The position numbers and the translations under genes are program-made. Shown here piece after piece: positions 9,357 through 18,930 of a stretch of DNA of 64,000 nucleotides (position 1 is its first letter; every line of letters starts with the position of its first letter). Source of the stretch: an uncultured Chloroflexia bacterium (GTDB taxonomy: Bacteria > Chloroflexota > UBA6077 > JACCZL01); NCBI GenBank assembly GCA_963765765.1, contig CAVXYC010000015.1, positions 448,001 to 512,000 on the forward strand, written 5' to 3'. The notes under the pieces were generated by a model. It was not told the DNA's origin and ran no database searches. It worked only from the letters and a program-made list of their open reading frames with translations.

Positions 9357-10471
9357 CCCAACGCATACGCATCGCCATCATCTGCCAACACCTGACCATG
9401 GGCGGGGCGGAAGAGCTTGTGCTCGGCATCGCGACGCATCTTCCAACAGCTAGGTATAACCTGCGCGTCGTATGCCTCACGGCCGAGGGCATCATTGCTC
9501 AGGAGCTACGGTCGGCTGGAATTCGGGTGGACGTCCTCCCTGGGGAACCAGGCCCACGTGATCTCCGAGCTTTTGGCCGGCTCGTGGCATATCTCCGCGG
9601 ATGGAAGCCGCAAATTGTCCACACGTTCCTGCTCAACGCGGTGCTCTACGGACGCCTGGCAGCGATTGTGGCCGGGGTTCCGTTGATCTTCGCGGCGGAG
9701 CAGAACATCTATCTGAAGAAGGCTTCCAAGCACGCGCTCATGGAGCGCTTCCTCGCAGTGCGCAGCCATCGCATCATCGCGTGTTGTAAAGCTGTCGGCA
9801 CGTTTTATCAGCGACAGGTGAAGGTCTCGCCCGATAAGCTGGCGGTCATTTTGAACGCCGTGCGATACGATCAATTCCTACCACTTCCCGATGCTTCTAC
9901 GAGTCGTCTGGCACTCGGCCTTGACCCTGATGCTCCGACAATCGGCGTCATCGGTCGGCTGACGCGCCAGAAGGGCCATGACGTGCTGTTCCAAGCGGTG
10001 CAACAGCTTTCGTCGAAGTATCCGGAGCTCCAGGTTGTGGTCGCGGGCCAGGGCGAGGCGCGATCCAGTCTGGAGACCATGGCACGGGATCTGGGGATCC
10101 AGCAGCACGTCCATTTCGTTGGCGTCCGGCGCGATCGAGAGCATCTCTATGGGGCGCTCGATGTGTTCGTCCTTCCTTCACGTTGGGAGGGACTCTCGCT
10201 AGCCCTAGCGGAAGCCGTTGGGGCTGGAATTCCAACTCTGGCCACCCTTGTCGGTGGAAACGCTGAAGTCATTGAATCGGAAAGATCAGGCCTCCTTGTG
10301 CCGCCTGAGGACACCGGCGCGATCTGCTTGGCGCTCGATCGATTGCTTGCGGATGCTGAGCTGCGGAAGGGTTTTTCGGAGAAAGGGATCTCCGATGTTC
10401 GGCCGCGTTTCGAGATCGAGCGGCACGTGGAGCAGCTCGATGCCCTGTACACTCGAGCCCTTGCAAGCTAG
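9290..10471 (+). CDS. Glycosyltransferase family 4
   Basis: GGAEE, GRLTRQKGH and PSRWEGLSLALAEA motifs. Confidence 0.9.
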   Translation: MRGPRWGISLFPHPSPLPVGGGAQRIRIAIICQHLTMGGAEELVLGIATHLPTARYNLRVVCLTAEGIIAQELRSAGIRVDVLPGEPGPRDLRAFGRLVAYLRGWKPQIVHTFLLNAVLYGRLAAIVAGVPLIFAAEQNIYLKKASKHALMERFLAVRSHRIIACCKAVGTFYQRQVKVSPDKLAVILNAVRYDQFLPLPDASTSRLALGLDPDAPTIGVIGRLTRQKGHDVLFQAVQQLSSKYPELQVVVAGQGEARSSLETMARDLGIQQHVHFVGVRRDREHLYGALDVFVLPSRWEGLSLALAEAVGAGIPTLATLVGGNAEVIESERSGLLVPPEDTGAICLALDRLLADAELRKGFSEKGISDVRPRFEIERHVEQLDALYTRALAS

Positions 10472-10492
10472 GCACAAGAGACGCCCCGTCCG

Positions 10493-11623
10493 ATGCACGT
10501 AACTCTGGCCAACTACACGCTTACGATGATGCGTGGCGGTGGTGAGACTCGCGACCTAAACCTGGCGCGCGAGCTTCGCGCGCTCGGTGTGGATGTGACC
10601 CTGGTGTCCATCGATCCAATTGTGGGCGGTACTCGCTATCCGATTGCTGAAGGTCCATCGCAACTGATTCGGTCGCCGTATTTCCGTGACTGGGTGTACC
10701 GGTTCATGGAGATTCCAAAGGCAGGTCGGCTCGCCTCCCTCCTGCTACGGTTGGATGTGGAGCTGTTCAGTCGACGACTCGTGGATCTTGTGAGCAGGAG
10801 GGACTATCCGATCGATATCCTTCAAGGGGCTGGTCTCTATCCCGCGGTGGCAGCTCGGGATCGCGGGATTCCTGTGGTCGTCCGAGCGCAGGGCGGCTCA
10901 CCACCAGCACCATTTGTACCGCTTGTGGCTCGTGCGAGCGCGATCATCGGGGATGGCTGGGACGCGGAGAATTTCGAGAAACGTACTGGTCGGGCCCTGG
11001 TAGAGATTCCAGGTGGTGTCGAGCTCGAAGCGTTTCAACGAGTCGATCCCACGGTCCGGAGCCGCTTTGATCTCGACGAGGCTGAGGTCGTGTTGTACGT
11101 GGGCCGCTTCGCGCCGCTCAAGAACGTCGCACTGCTAGTCGATGCCTTCGCTCGGCTAACGCAGCGGAGAGAGCGTGCGCGTCTTCTGCTGGTTGGCGAC
11201 GGACCTCTGGAGCCGGCGTTACGCAAGCAGGCCGAAGCGCTCGGAATACACGATCGTGTGACGTTCGCGGGCTCCGTTCCCAATCGAGAGCTAGCGCCAT
11301 ACTATTCCGCCGCCGATGTGTTTGCACTTCCATCGAAGTTTGACAATTCACCCAACGCAGTGCTGGAGGCCATGGCCTGTGAGGTGCCAGTGGCCGCGAC
11401 AAATGTCGGCGGAGTTCCGCGCTACGTGACTCATGGCGAAACCGGCCTGCTTGTCGAGACAGACGCTGATGCGTTGGCAGAAGCGTTGGAGCGTGTGCTC
11501 TCCGATGCCGAGCTCAGAATGAAGCTGGTTGCTGGTGGCTCTGACATGGTGCGATCTCGCTTTAGCTGGCGGCAGTCAGCGGAGCGGCTAATTGAGCTGT
11601 ATGAGCAGTTGTTACGTCAGTGA
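10493..11623 (+). CDS. Glycosyltransferase family 4
   Basis: GGGE, GRFAPLKN and PSKFDNSPNAVLEAMA motifs. Confidence 0.9.
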   Translation: MHVTLANYTLTMMRGGGETRDLNLARELRALGVDVTLVSIDPIVGGTRYPIAEGPSQLIRSPYFRDWVYRFMEIPKAGRLASLLLRLDVELFSRRLVDLVSRRDYPIDILQGAGLYPAVAARDRGIPVVVRAQGGSPPAPFVPLVARASAIIGDGWDAENFEKRTGRALVEIPGGVELEAFQRVDPTVRSRFDLDEAEVVLYVGRFAPLKNVALLVDAFARLTQRRERARLLLVGDGPLEPALRKQAEALGIHDRVTFAGSVPNRELAPYYSAADVFALPSKFDNSPNAVLEAMACEVPVAATNVGGVPRYVTHGETGLLVETDADALAEALERVLSDAELRMKLVAGGSDMVRSRFSWRQSAERLIELYEQLLRQ

Positions 11624-11799
11624 ATGAGCGAATTCACCCAACCACAACAGAGCCGCATCCCGTAAGGGTGCGGTTCCTCTCGCGCCATCCCTGCGCCGCC
11701 GATCGACCATTTCGCGGAGGGACCGCATCCTTACGGAATGCGGCTTTACGGAATGCGGCTTTGTTGGTCGTGTGGATATCGGGATCAACGTGCGGCTGA
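11620..11799 (+). CDS. 59-aa bridging mini-ORF MNERIHPTTTEPHPVRVRFLSRHPCAADRPFRGGTASLRNAALRNAALLVVWISGSTCG
   Basis: GTGA overlap with the upstream stop; TGA at 11797-11799 lies just past the downstream GTG at 11790. Confidence 0.45.
   Translation: MNERIHPTTTEPHPVRVRFLSRHPCAADRPFRGGTASLRNAALRNAALLVVWISGSTCG
11641..11768. repeat. REP doublet (GAGCCGC..CGTAAGGG.GCGG family) with a 15-bp tandem duplication in the right arm
   Basis: CAACAGAGCCGCATCCCGTAAGGGTGCGGTTCCTC inverted with GAGGGACCGCATCCTTACGGAATGCGGCT...TTGTTG; TTACGGAATGCGGCT occurs twice at 11731-11760. Confidence 0.85.
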
Positions 11800-14198
11800 C
11801 CATCGTCTACCATCGCGCGTTCTGGGAATCTGGTGGTGAGTACTGGGAACGGGAAGGCGCCTTCAGTCGATTTGTGGAGGCTCTGGCGGCACGCGTCACC
11901 GCGGTAGAGCTTGTAGTGCCCATAAGCAAGGTGCCGGCGGATGAAGGCCACCAACTGGTGGCTGACAACGTCAAGCTCCGTAAATTGCCTCACTGGCGCG
12001 ATCTGATCGAGTTCTACAAGCTCCTTCCAGGCATGCTCCTGACGCTGTGGAGATCAGCCTCGGCGTGGGAAGTACTCATCGTGCGCGTGCCCACACCGCT
12101 TGGGTTCTGGGCCTGGCTCGTGGGCCGCATACGCCGAGTACCCACCCTTCTGATCATCGTCGGAGACTTGGCCGAGGTGGCGGGTACCGTGCCAGGGAAC
12201 TCCTGGAAGCGACGGCTCTACCGAATATGGGCCCGCGTCGAGGACCTTTTGATGCGGAAGATGGCCGGCTCGACGTTGACGTTTGCCAACGGCGCGGCCC
12301 TATGGTCGAAATATGGCCAGGCGCAGCCCAACGTGCTGCTGACCACCAATTCCACTATCGGAATCGACGAGATTGCCTCCGACGTGCCGCGTAGCCTGGG
12401 ACAGCCCGCGCGACTCCTGTGTGTGAGCCGTATCGATCCTCGGAAAGGCATTCGTTATCTCCCTGAGGTCCTTGCCGGGCTCATCCGACGTGGCCACCAC
12501 GCGAGACTGACCATTGTGGGCGGCGACGTGGGCGAGTTGGGCCGCCAGGAGCGGATCGGCGCTCAAGAACGCGCACGCGAGCTGGGAGTAGAGGATGCGA
12601 TTAGCTATCTCGGCGCCCAGTCAATTGAGCAAGTCCACAAGCTGGAGCGAGCGCATGACGTGCTGCTCGTACCGAGCCTTCCGGGCGAAGGCGTCCCACG
12701 GGTCATCATCGAGGCATTCGCGGCTGGAATTCCAGTTGTGGCAACTTCGGTGTCCGGCATTCCGGGCGTCGTGGAGCACAAAACCCGCGGCCTTCTGGTG
12801 CCGCCCGCGGACCCGGAAGCGATGACCGCGGCCGTTGCCCGGCTGCTCACTGATGACGATCTCCGCACACGTATCATCCACGGCGGCTTAGATTTCGCCC
12901 GCGCCAACACGATCGAAGCGCAGAGCGATGTTATGGTTGATGCGATTCGTTCAAGACTCCTTGACAAAAAAGCCAGCCGCACAACTCCGAGAAGTGGTGA
13001 ACTTCCTCGCCCTTTAGGAGAGGGTTGGGGTGAGGGAAGACCGATGTCCCCTATCACGACCGCTTCGCCCCAACCCTCTCCCAAAGGGCGAGGGAGCCTT
13101 GGGCAGGGGAGACTTAGGGTCAATATCCCGCTCGCCGGCCTGAATGTTTCCGGCGGAGTAAAGTCCTTGCTGTACCTGGCCAACGCGCTGGCACGGCGGG
13201 GGCATCGCGTCCGCTGCATCGTGCCGGATTACGCGTCAGTATCGCCGGTTCCGCTGGAGAGTGGCGTTGAGCTGCAAGTCCTTCGCTCTGGTCCCGGGCC
13301 GTCAGTTACTCGGAAGGTAGGCTATTTCGCGCGGCTCGGGGTTCAGTCAGCGAGGGACTGCGATATCTGCCTGGCCAATTACTTTCTCACTAGCTATCCG
13401 GCGGTGGCGTCAAATCTGGTGAATGGCGGGAAGGCGGTATTGGCCTACAACATCCGTGGCTATGAACCAATCAGCCACGGATCACTCGCAGAGGCGGGTG
13501 GCATTGGGCGCAGTCTCCGCGGTGGCCTGGCGTCGTTGAGCTATCACCTTCCGCTGCGGAAGGTAGTCACGACCGATTGGCTCAAGGAGATGGTTGGCGA
13601 CGAGCGGGCGATCATCATCGGGCATGGCATCGATCCTGGCGTCTTCCATCCGCGTGGCCGTGATGCATCTACGGGCACTCAGACGGTGAGAGTTGGCATA
13701 ATCGGGCGCTCCGGCGAGGTGAAGGGCTACGGCGATTTCCTTGAAGCCCTGGCTCGCACAAGGTCTGATCTGCCGATTCAAATTGTCATCGCTGGTCAGG
13801 ACGAGGTGGCGATGCCGGGAGGTCAGCCGTTTGAGCGCATGCAGACGCCGACGGAGCGAGAGATGGCCGAGTTCTACCGCGCCTGCGACGTGTTCGTATT
13901 TCCGTCCCGGGCAGAGGGATTTGGCCTGCCGCCCCTCGAAGCCATGGCCTGCGGCGCAGCGGTCGTTCTTACCGACTGCGGTGGGGTGCGGACATATGCT
14001 CGGCCCGATGAGAATTGTCTCCTCGTCGACGTGCAGGATCCACAAGCATTGGCAAACGCCATCGATCGTGTCGTGAGCGACGCTGATCTTCGAGCTTCAC
14101 TCGTGCGCGAGGGATTCGAGACTGCCGGTCGATTCTCCCGCGATGAAGTCGAAGCACGGTTCTGCGATCTTCTGGAATCGCTAGCGCGTGCCCAGTAG
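11790..14198 (+). CDS. Two-domain GT4-GT4 glycosyltransferase with REP-derived linker
   Basis: Two EX7E motifs (EGVPRVIIE, EGFGLPPLE); linker PRPLGEGWGEG..SPQPSPKGRG; start 11772 or 11790. Confidence 0.85.
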   Translation: MRLTIVYHRAFWESGGEYWEREGAFSRFVEALAARVTAVELVVPISKVPADEGHQLVADNVKLRKLPHWRDLIEFYKLLPGMLLTLWRSASAWEVLIVRVPTPLGFWAWLVGRIRRVPTLLIIVGDLAEVAGTVPGNSWKRRLYRIWARVEDLLMRKMAGSTLTFANGAALWSKYGQAQPNVLLTTNSTIGIDEIASDVPRSLGQPARLLCVSRIDPRKGIRYLPEVLAGLIRRGHHARLTIVGGDVGELGRQERIGAQERARELGVEDAISYLGAQSIEQVHKLERAHDVLLVPSLPGEGVPRVIIEAFAAGIPVVATSVSGIPGVVEHKTRGLLVPPADPEAMTAAVARLLTDDDLRTRIIHGGLDFARANTIEAQSDVMVDAIRSRLLDKKASRTTPRSGELPRPLGEGWGEGRPMSPITTASPQPSPKGRGSLGQGRLRVNIPLAGLNVSGGVKSLLYLANALARRGHRVRCIVPDYASVSPVPLESGVELQVLRSGPGPSVTRKVGYFARLGVQSARDCDICLANYFLTSYPAVASNLVNGGKAVLAYNIRGYEPISHGSLAEAGGIGRSLRGGLASLSYHLPLRKVVTTDWLKEMVGDERAIIIGHGIDPGVFHPRGRDASTGTQTVRVGIIGRSGEVKGYGDFLEALARTRSDLPIQIVIAGQDEVAMPGGQPFERMQTPTEREMAEFYRACDVFVFPSRAEGFGLPPLEAMACGAAVVLTDCGGVRTYARPDENCLLVDVQDPQALANAIDRVVSDADLRASLVREGFETAGRFSRDEVEARFCDLLESLARAQ
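13002..13096. repeat. CCCTCTCCC/GGGAGAGGG-type REP doublet, in frame inside a CDS
   Basis: 34-bp arms 13002-13035 and 13063-13096 with 30/34 inverted identity. Confidence 0.88.
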
Positions 14199-15369
14199 CG
14201 TTCGACTACTGGCCATCGGAACCGATGCGGCGCTTGCCCAGCCAGCCTCGAAAGCGTTCGGTGACGCACATCAGCGCCAGCTCAAATACGCCTCGATCCT
14301 CGATCGATACGACATGATCCTGCGCACGATCGGCGGTCAGAGACAGGCAATCCCGGTGGGCCAGGGTTTCACTGTCCACACATCCGGCTCGAGATGTCGT
14401 GAGACGTATCCGATCGATGCGGCTCGTATGGGCAACTCAATCGGTCGTGCTGCGCGCTCTAACGTTGTGTCGACGGAAGATCCCTTCCTCTGTGGATTAG
14501 CTGGATACGTCATTGCCAGACGCCTGAGGATCCCACTGAGTCTCCAATTTGCTGGGGATATGATCGACAATCCGATCTGGATGGCCGAGCGACCGCTGAA
14601 TCGCTGGCTCAATCCGCTTGGCAAGTGGCTGATTCGTCGCGCCCAGACGTTTCGAGTCGTCAGCACGCGTGAGCGGGACAAGCTCATCGGTCTGGGCATT
14701 GCGCCCGAGCGCGTCTGGAACATTGGCTGGATTACTGACTTCAGGCGGTTTCTCGACGCCGATGGTTCTGCAATTCGGGCGCGTTGGCTGGACAGTCGTT
14801 ACAAGAAGCTTATCGTCTTCATGGGGCGACTGGTACCCCAGAAGGACCTCCACACGCTCGTAGAGGCCGCCCGACTTGTGGCTCCGGTGCATCCGGATGC
14901 ACGATTCTTGCTGGTCGGGCGCGGCGCGTTGGAACGCGAGGTCATGATGGCTATCGAGAGGGCTGGGCTATCCGATCAGGTCGTTTTAGCCGGCGCCGCC
15001 GCGTACGATGATGTACCTGGCTATCTGGCAGCGGCGGACGTGCTCGCGCTCACCACGGTGTACGAAGGCAACGCTCGCGTCCTGGCTGAGGCGGCGGCGG
15101 CCGGACGCCCGGTGGTGACGGCCGACGTGAGCGGAAGCCTGGATACGGTGCTGAACGGCGAATCAGGCTACGTAGTGCCCGTGAGAGACTCACATGCCTT
15201 TGCGGATCGTCTCGCTCGGCTTCTCAATGATCCGGCGCTCGCGGAGCGAATGGGCACGCGTGCACGTGTGCACGTCCTGGAGCGGTACGACGAGCGTCGT
15301 TTGCTCCGGCAGTTTCAGGAGCTCTGGACGCTCACGGCCGGTCTGCGCGCCGATACCTCGCCGCGATAG
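14188..15369 (+). CDS. Glycosyltransferase family 4
   Basis: GRLVPQKD and YEGNARVLAEA motifs. Confidence 0.88.
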   Translation: MPSSVRLLAIGTDAALAQPASKAFGDAHQRQLKYASILDRYDMILRTIGGQRQAIPVGQGFTVHTSGSRCRETYPIDAARMGNSIGRAARSNVVSTEDPFLCGLAGYVIARRLRIPLSLQFAGDMIDNPIWMAERPLNRWLNPLGKWLIRRAQTFRVVSTRERDKLIGLGIAPERVWNIGWITDFRRFLDADGSAIRARWLDSRYKKLIVFMGRLVPQKDLHTLVEAARLVAPVHPDARFLLVGRGALEREVMMAIERAGLSDQVVLAGAAAYDDVPGYLAAADVLALTTVYEGNARVLAEAAAAGRPVVTADVSGSLDTVLNGESGYVVPVRDSHAFADRLARLLNDPALAERMGTRARVHVLERYDERRLLRQFQELWTLTAGLRADTSPR

Positions 15370-16433
15370 GCGCGTTGCAAGACATCGAGAAATCGCGGTG
15401 CCTGCGCCTGTAGCGAGAATTTCTCCAGAACCCACTGCCGCCCGGCCTCACCCATCTTTCGGCGCAAGGGTACGTCCTCGATGAGCATCGAGAGGCGATC
15501 CACCCACTCCTCGGTGGTCGTTGCCAGCAGTCCGTTGTAGCCGTCCTGCAGAATGTCTGTGGTGACACCCACGGGTGAGCAGACTGGCGGGATACCGACG
15601 CTCATGTAGAGCAACGCCTTGAATCCGCATTTACCGCGCGTCCACTCCGTGTCCGGCATTGGCATGATGCCGATATCGAAACCGTGAAGCTCATCGAGCT
15701 CCTGATCCAGATCCCAGCGCTTCACCTCGAGATTGTGAACGATAGGTGGAACGTACGAGCCACCCACGACCCGCACAACCACGTTCGGATACTTCTCTGT
15801 GATCTGATCCAGCGCGCGCACCAGCATGCGCAGGTATGGCGCGGTGGTGTTGCTGCCGATCCAGCCAATGACTACCCGATCATCATTTGGCTCCTCGCTC
15901 CGTGGGGCGAAGTATTCCGTATCGACAGGTGTCGGGATCACAGTGATGTTGGAGTTGTATTGGCTGGCGTAGGACTTCAGATTCTCGTTGCCGGCGATAA
16001 CCCAGGAGCTCAGCTCGATCGCTCGCGCCGTTTTATGCGGACGTTTGAGATACGTGACGAAGCGGTTCGCATCTGCCGAGTTCGGGAGATAGATCGCGTC
16101 ATCGAAGTCGAACACAATCGGCACATTGGTCTTCGCCATCGCTTCCTCGAAGAACGGCCCACCAAAAGGGAACGCTTCGCGGTGCACCAGGATCACGTCA
16201 ACTCGGCTCGCCCGGGCCACGTCGCTCAGGCGGCTCAACGTGCTCATGCCGAAGGACGCCACCTTGCGGGATAGATCTCCCGGTGAATAACGGATGTTGT
16301 AGAAGAGGCTGGTCATGAACGGCCGAAGAATCGGCGTGATGCCATGGTCGCGCAGGTAAGGAAAATACTGCTCCACGCGCAGACGATTGCTCGGCGCTTC
16401 CGTGGGATAGGGAACAACGCAGAGGACTTTCAT
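15315..16433 (-). CDS. Glycosyltransferase family 4
   Basis: PSNRLRVEQY, FDFDDAIY, IGWIGS and GKCGFKALLYM motifs. Confidence 0.9.
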   Translation of the reverse strand: MKVLCVVPYPTEAPSNRLRVEQYFPYLRDHGITPILRPFMTSLFYNIRYSPGDLSRKVASFGMSTLSRLSDVARASRVDVILVHREAFPFGGPFFEEAMAKTNVPIVFDFDDAIYLPNSADANRFVTYLKRPHKTARAIELSSWVIAGNENLKSYASQYNSNITVIPTPVDTEYFAPRSEEPNDDRVVIGWIGSNTTAPYLRMLVRALDQITEKYPNVVVRVVGGSYVPPIVHNLEVKRWDLDQELDELHGFDIGIMPMPDTEWTRGKCGFKALLYMSVGIPPVCSPVGVTTDILQDGYNGLLATTTEEWVDRLSMLIEDVPLRRKMGEAGRQWVLEKFSLQAQAPRFLDVLQRAYRGEVSARRPAVSVQSS

Positions 16434-17383
16434 CGTGCTGCCTCCACTCGATCACCACCCAGGAACCAGTCCGCTGTTACCCGCAATCCATCCGCAAAGT
16501 GAATCACCGGCTGGAAACCCAGCCTCTCACGCGCTTTACTGATGTCAGCCAGCGAGTGCTTGATGTCGCCAGGTCGTGGCTCACCAAGAATCGGATCAAT
16601 TGACGTGCCCAGGATGCCGTTGATCTCGGCCACGAGGTCCAGCAAGGTGAATCGCTCTCCGCACGCCAGGTTGAACACTTCTCCGCCAATATCCGGCGTG
16701 GTCGCGGCGCGGATATTCCCTTCAACCACGTTGGCGACATACGTGAAATCACGTGATTGCAGACCGTCGCCGTGGATCAGTGGCTGCTTGCCATCGGCCA
16801 TCAACCGGATGAATTTGGGAATCACCGCGGCATATTCCGATGTCGGATCCTGACGGGGGCCAAAGACGTTGAAATAGCGGAAGCAAACCGTTTCCAATCC
16901 AAAGAGGCGTGAGAAGACCTTGCAGTAGTATTCCCCCGTAATCTTGGAGACGGCATACGGCGAGAGTGGATTCGGAATCATCCCCTCGTGTTTGGGCAGC
17001 TCGGGCGTATCGCCGTAGACTGACGATGACGACGCGTAGACTACGCGATGCACACCCGCTCGCTGCGCGGCCATGAGTACTTGTAGGGTCCCCGTCGTTC
17101 CAGACTCATGGCTCCCCATTGGGTCGGCAACCGAGCGCGGGACCGACGGCAGCGCGGCTTGATGAAAGACCACGTCCCTGCCTTTCATCGCCTGATCGAG
17201 CGCATCTGGATCGCAGATATCGCCGTTGATCAAATCCACGTCGTCCACGATGTCCACGAGATTCTTTTCATGGCCCGTCGATAGGTTGTCCAGGACGCGG
17301 ATGTTGACACCCATTTCCAGCAAACGCTGGGCGATATTGGAGCCGATGAATCCAGCGCCACCGGTAATAAGAGCCGATTTCAT
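16430..17383 (-). CDS. UDP-hexosamine 4-epimerase (WbpP/TviC-like SDR)
   Basis: TGGAGFIGS, HQAALPSVPRS, SPYAVSK and RYFNVFGPRQDP motifs. Confidence 0.9.
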   Translation of the reverse strand: MKSALITGGAGFIGSNIAQRLLEMGVNIRVLDNLSTGHEKNLVDIVDDVDLINGDICDPDALDQAMKGRDVVFHQAALPSVPRSVADPMGSHESGTTGTLQVLMAAQRAGVHRVVYASSSSVYGDTPELPKHEGMIPNPLSPYAVSKITGEYYCKVFSRLFGLETVCFRYFNVFGPRQDPTSEYAAVIPKFIRLMADGKQPLIHGDGLQSRDFTYVANVVEGNIRAATTPDIGGEVFNLACGERFTLLDLVAEINGILGTSIDPILGEPRPGDIKHSLADISKARERLGFQPVIHFADGLRVTADWFLGGDRVEAAR

Positions 17384-18801
17384 GTACCTAAGTTGACCTC
17401 AGAGCGATTGACCATTGCACGTCGCCGCGCCAGCAGCCAGGTCAGGCCGATTCCCGCCGCAATGAACGTTGTAGGCATAAGCATAGATCGGTGCCGGAAG
17501 ATCGTGCCGACGTTGCCTTCCACGAGTGCCAGAACGAAGATGAGCCCAGCGGTGAACAGAAGCGGTAAGAAGAGTCGCCGCCAGTCGCGTTTGATGGTTG
17601 CAACGATTCCGACCGTGGCTAGTGCCAGCATGGCGTACCAGCCCACCATCTCAGGGATGGTTGGAAGATCCTTGAGGCGTTTCGCGGTCCAGGGGAACGG
17701 CGCACCGATGACGCTGCTGAGACCGATGGGCAGATTCTCAAGCTGATATAGGTACGGATTGACGCCCCTGGGCGGCTTGGGTAGCTCGATGCCCGTCTCA
17801 GCCTTCTCGGAGATGAGGACGCGGTTGCTCATCGTGGCTTCCATCTGTTTGACGGTCAGAAAACGCCAGCCGCCCCAATGGGTGCCAAGCGTCAGAAACA
17901 GGGTGGCCGCGGTAAACGCCACAAAATACGCCAGCTTCCGAGGAAACTCACTGCGATTCAACACCAGGAACGTGAGTGGCATTAGGAGGCCCAGTAAGAA
18001 GAACACATACAGGCGAAGGTTCTCGGTGAAGCTGAAGAGAAAGAGCACGGCGGACGCTATGCCGATCGAAAATAGATCTCGCCCACCAAACGGTCCCCGC
18101 GCCGTGGTCGCCATTTCAGCAAATAAAAGCATTCCGTGGATCACGAGGACACTAAGCAAGAGCACCCAGGTGTCCTTCAAATTAAGGGCTGACCAGAAGA
18201 CGAGCGATGGGAAGATCGACATGGCGATTCCCGTCAGCCGCGCCCCCGCGGTGCTCGTGAAGTACAGTGCCAGCCGGAATGTCGCGACGCTCGTGAGCGC
18301 GCCGACGAGTGCATTGATCCACTTGGCCGCCAGAAGCTCATGTCCGATCCAGTTGTAGAGGCCGGCCAGAAGATAGGTGTAATTCACCAGTAAGTAGTTA
18401 TCTGACTTGTGGATACCCTCACGGTCACCGCGCCAGACTTCCACCACTCGCCACGCAATCTCGTCGTACGCGCGATCGTCTTCAAAGAGGAAGCCGTTCG
18501 TACTCGCCAGGGCAACCTGGCCCACCGCTCCTGCCAGCAATCGAACGCCCATAGAGCCGAGGTAGATAGTAATCGCGAAGTCTCGTTCCGGACCTTGCCA
18601 CAGTAGTCCAACGACCGCCCAGCCAGCTACGAGCACGAGAATGCCGATGAGAACGCTCGCGAACGTCCCCTGCCAGATCGCGACACCAAACCCGGCGACC
18701 GCTGCCGCAAGACTTGCCGCACGCACCCAGGTGTGCCAGGAGCCGCCCTCGGCGGCGTGCACGCTCCAGATGCGGTTGATGGCGAGGGTCGCGGTGCTCA
18801 A
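17380..18801 (-). CDS. Multi-pass membrane protein, Wzy polymerase / GT-C-like
   Basis: About 10 hydrophobic segments; DDRAY, LNLKD, PFPW and NVGTIFRHR motifs; glycan-locus context. Confidence 0.65.
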   Translation of the reverse strand: MSTATLAINRIWSVHAAEGGSWHTWVRAASLAAAVAGFGVAIWQGTFASVLIGILVLVAGWAVVGLLWQGPERDFAITIYLGSMGVRLLAGAVGQVALASTNGFLFEDDRAYDEIAWRVVEVWRGDREGIHKSDNYLLVNYTYLLAGLYNWIGHELLAAKWINALVGALTSVATFRLALYFTSTAGARLTGIAMSIFPSLVFWSALNLKDTWVLLLSVLVIHGMLLFAEMATTARGPFGGRDLFSIGIASAVLFLFSFTENLRLYVFFLLGLLMPLTFLVLNRSEFPRKLAYFVAFTAATLFLTLGTHWGGWRFLTVKQMEATMSNRVLISEKAETGIELPKPPRGVNPYLYQLENLPIGLSSVIGAPFPWTAKRLKDLPTIPEMVGWYAMLALATVGIVATIKRDWRRLFLPLLFTAGLIFVLALVEGNVGTIFRHRSMLMPTTFIAAGIGLTWLLARRRAMVNRSEVNLGT

Positions 18802-18807
18802 GCTGGC

Positions 18808-18930
18808 CTATTTCCCGTGTTGCGTTCCATTGTCGTTGTCCCGGGACCGCGGGCGTCCCGGTTCGTCGCGACCAGTGACTTGAGGACAGGCGGGTCTCAT
18901 CGGGACGCCCGCGGTCCCAGGATCTGTCAC
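18808..18930 (-). CDS. 40-aa bridging mini-ORF MTDPGTAGVPMRPACPQVTGRDEPGRPRSRDNDNGTQHGK
   Basis: GTGA overlap with the asnB stop; TAG 6 nt before, and in frame with, the TTG at 18801. Confidence 0.5.
   Translation of the reverse strand: MTDPGTAGVPMRPACPQVTGRDEPGRPRSRDNDNGTQHGK
18839..18922. repeat. REP doublet (GGGACCGCGGGCGTCCCG family)
   Basis: TCCCGGGACCGCGGGCGTCCCG and CGGGACGCCCGCGGTCCCAGGA: 21/22 inverted match. Confidence 0.88.
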
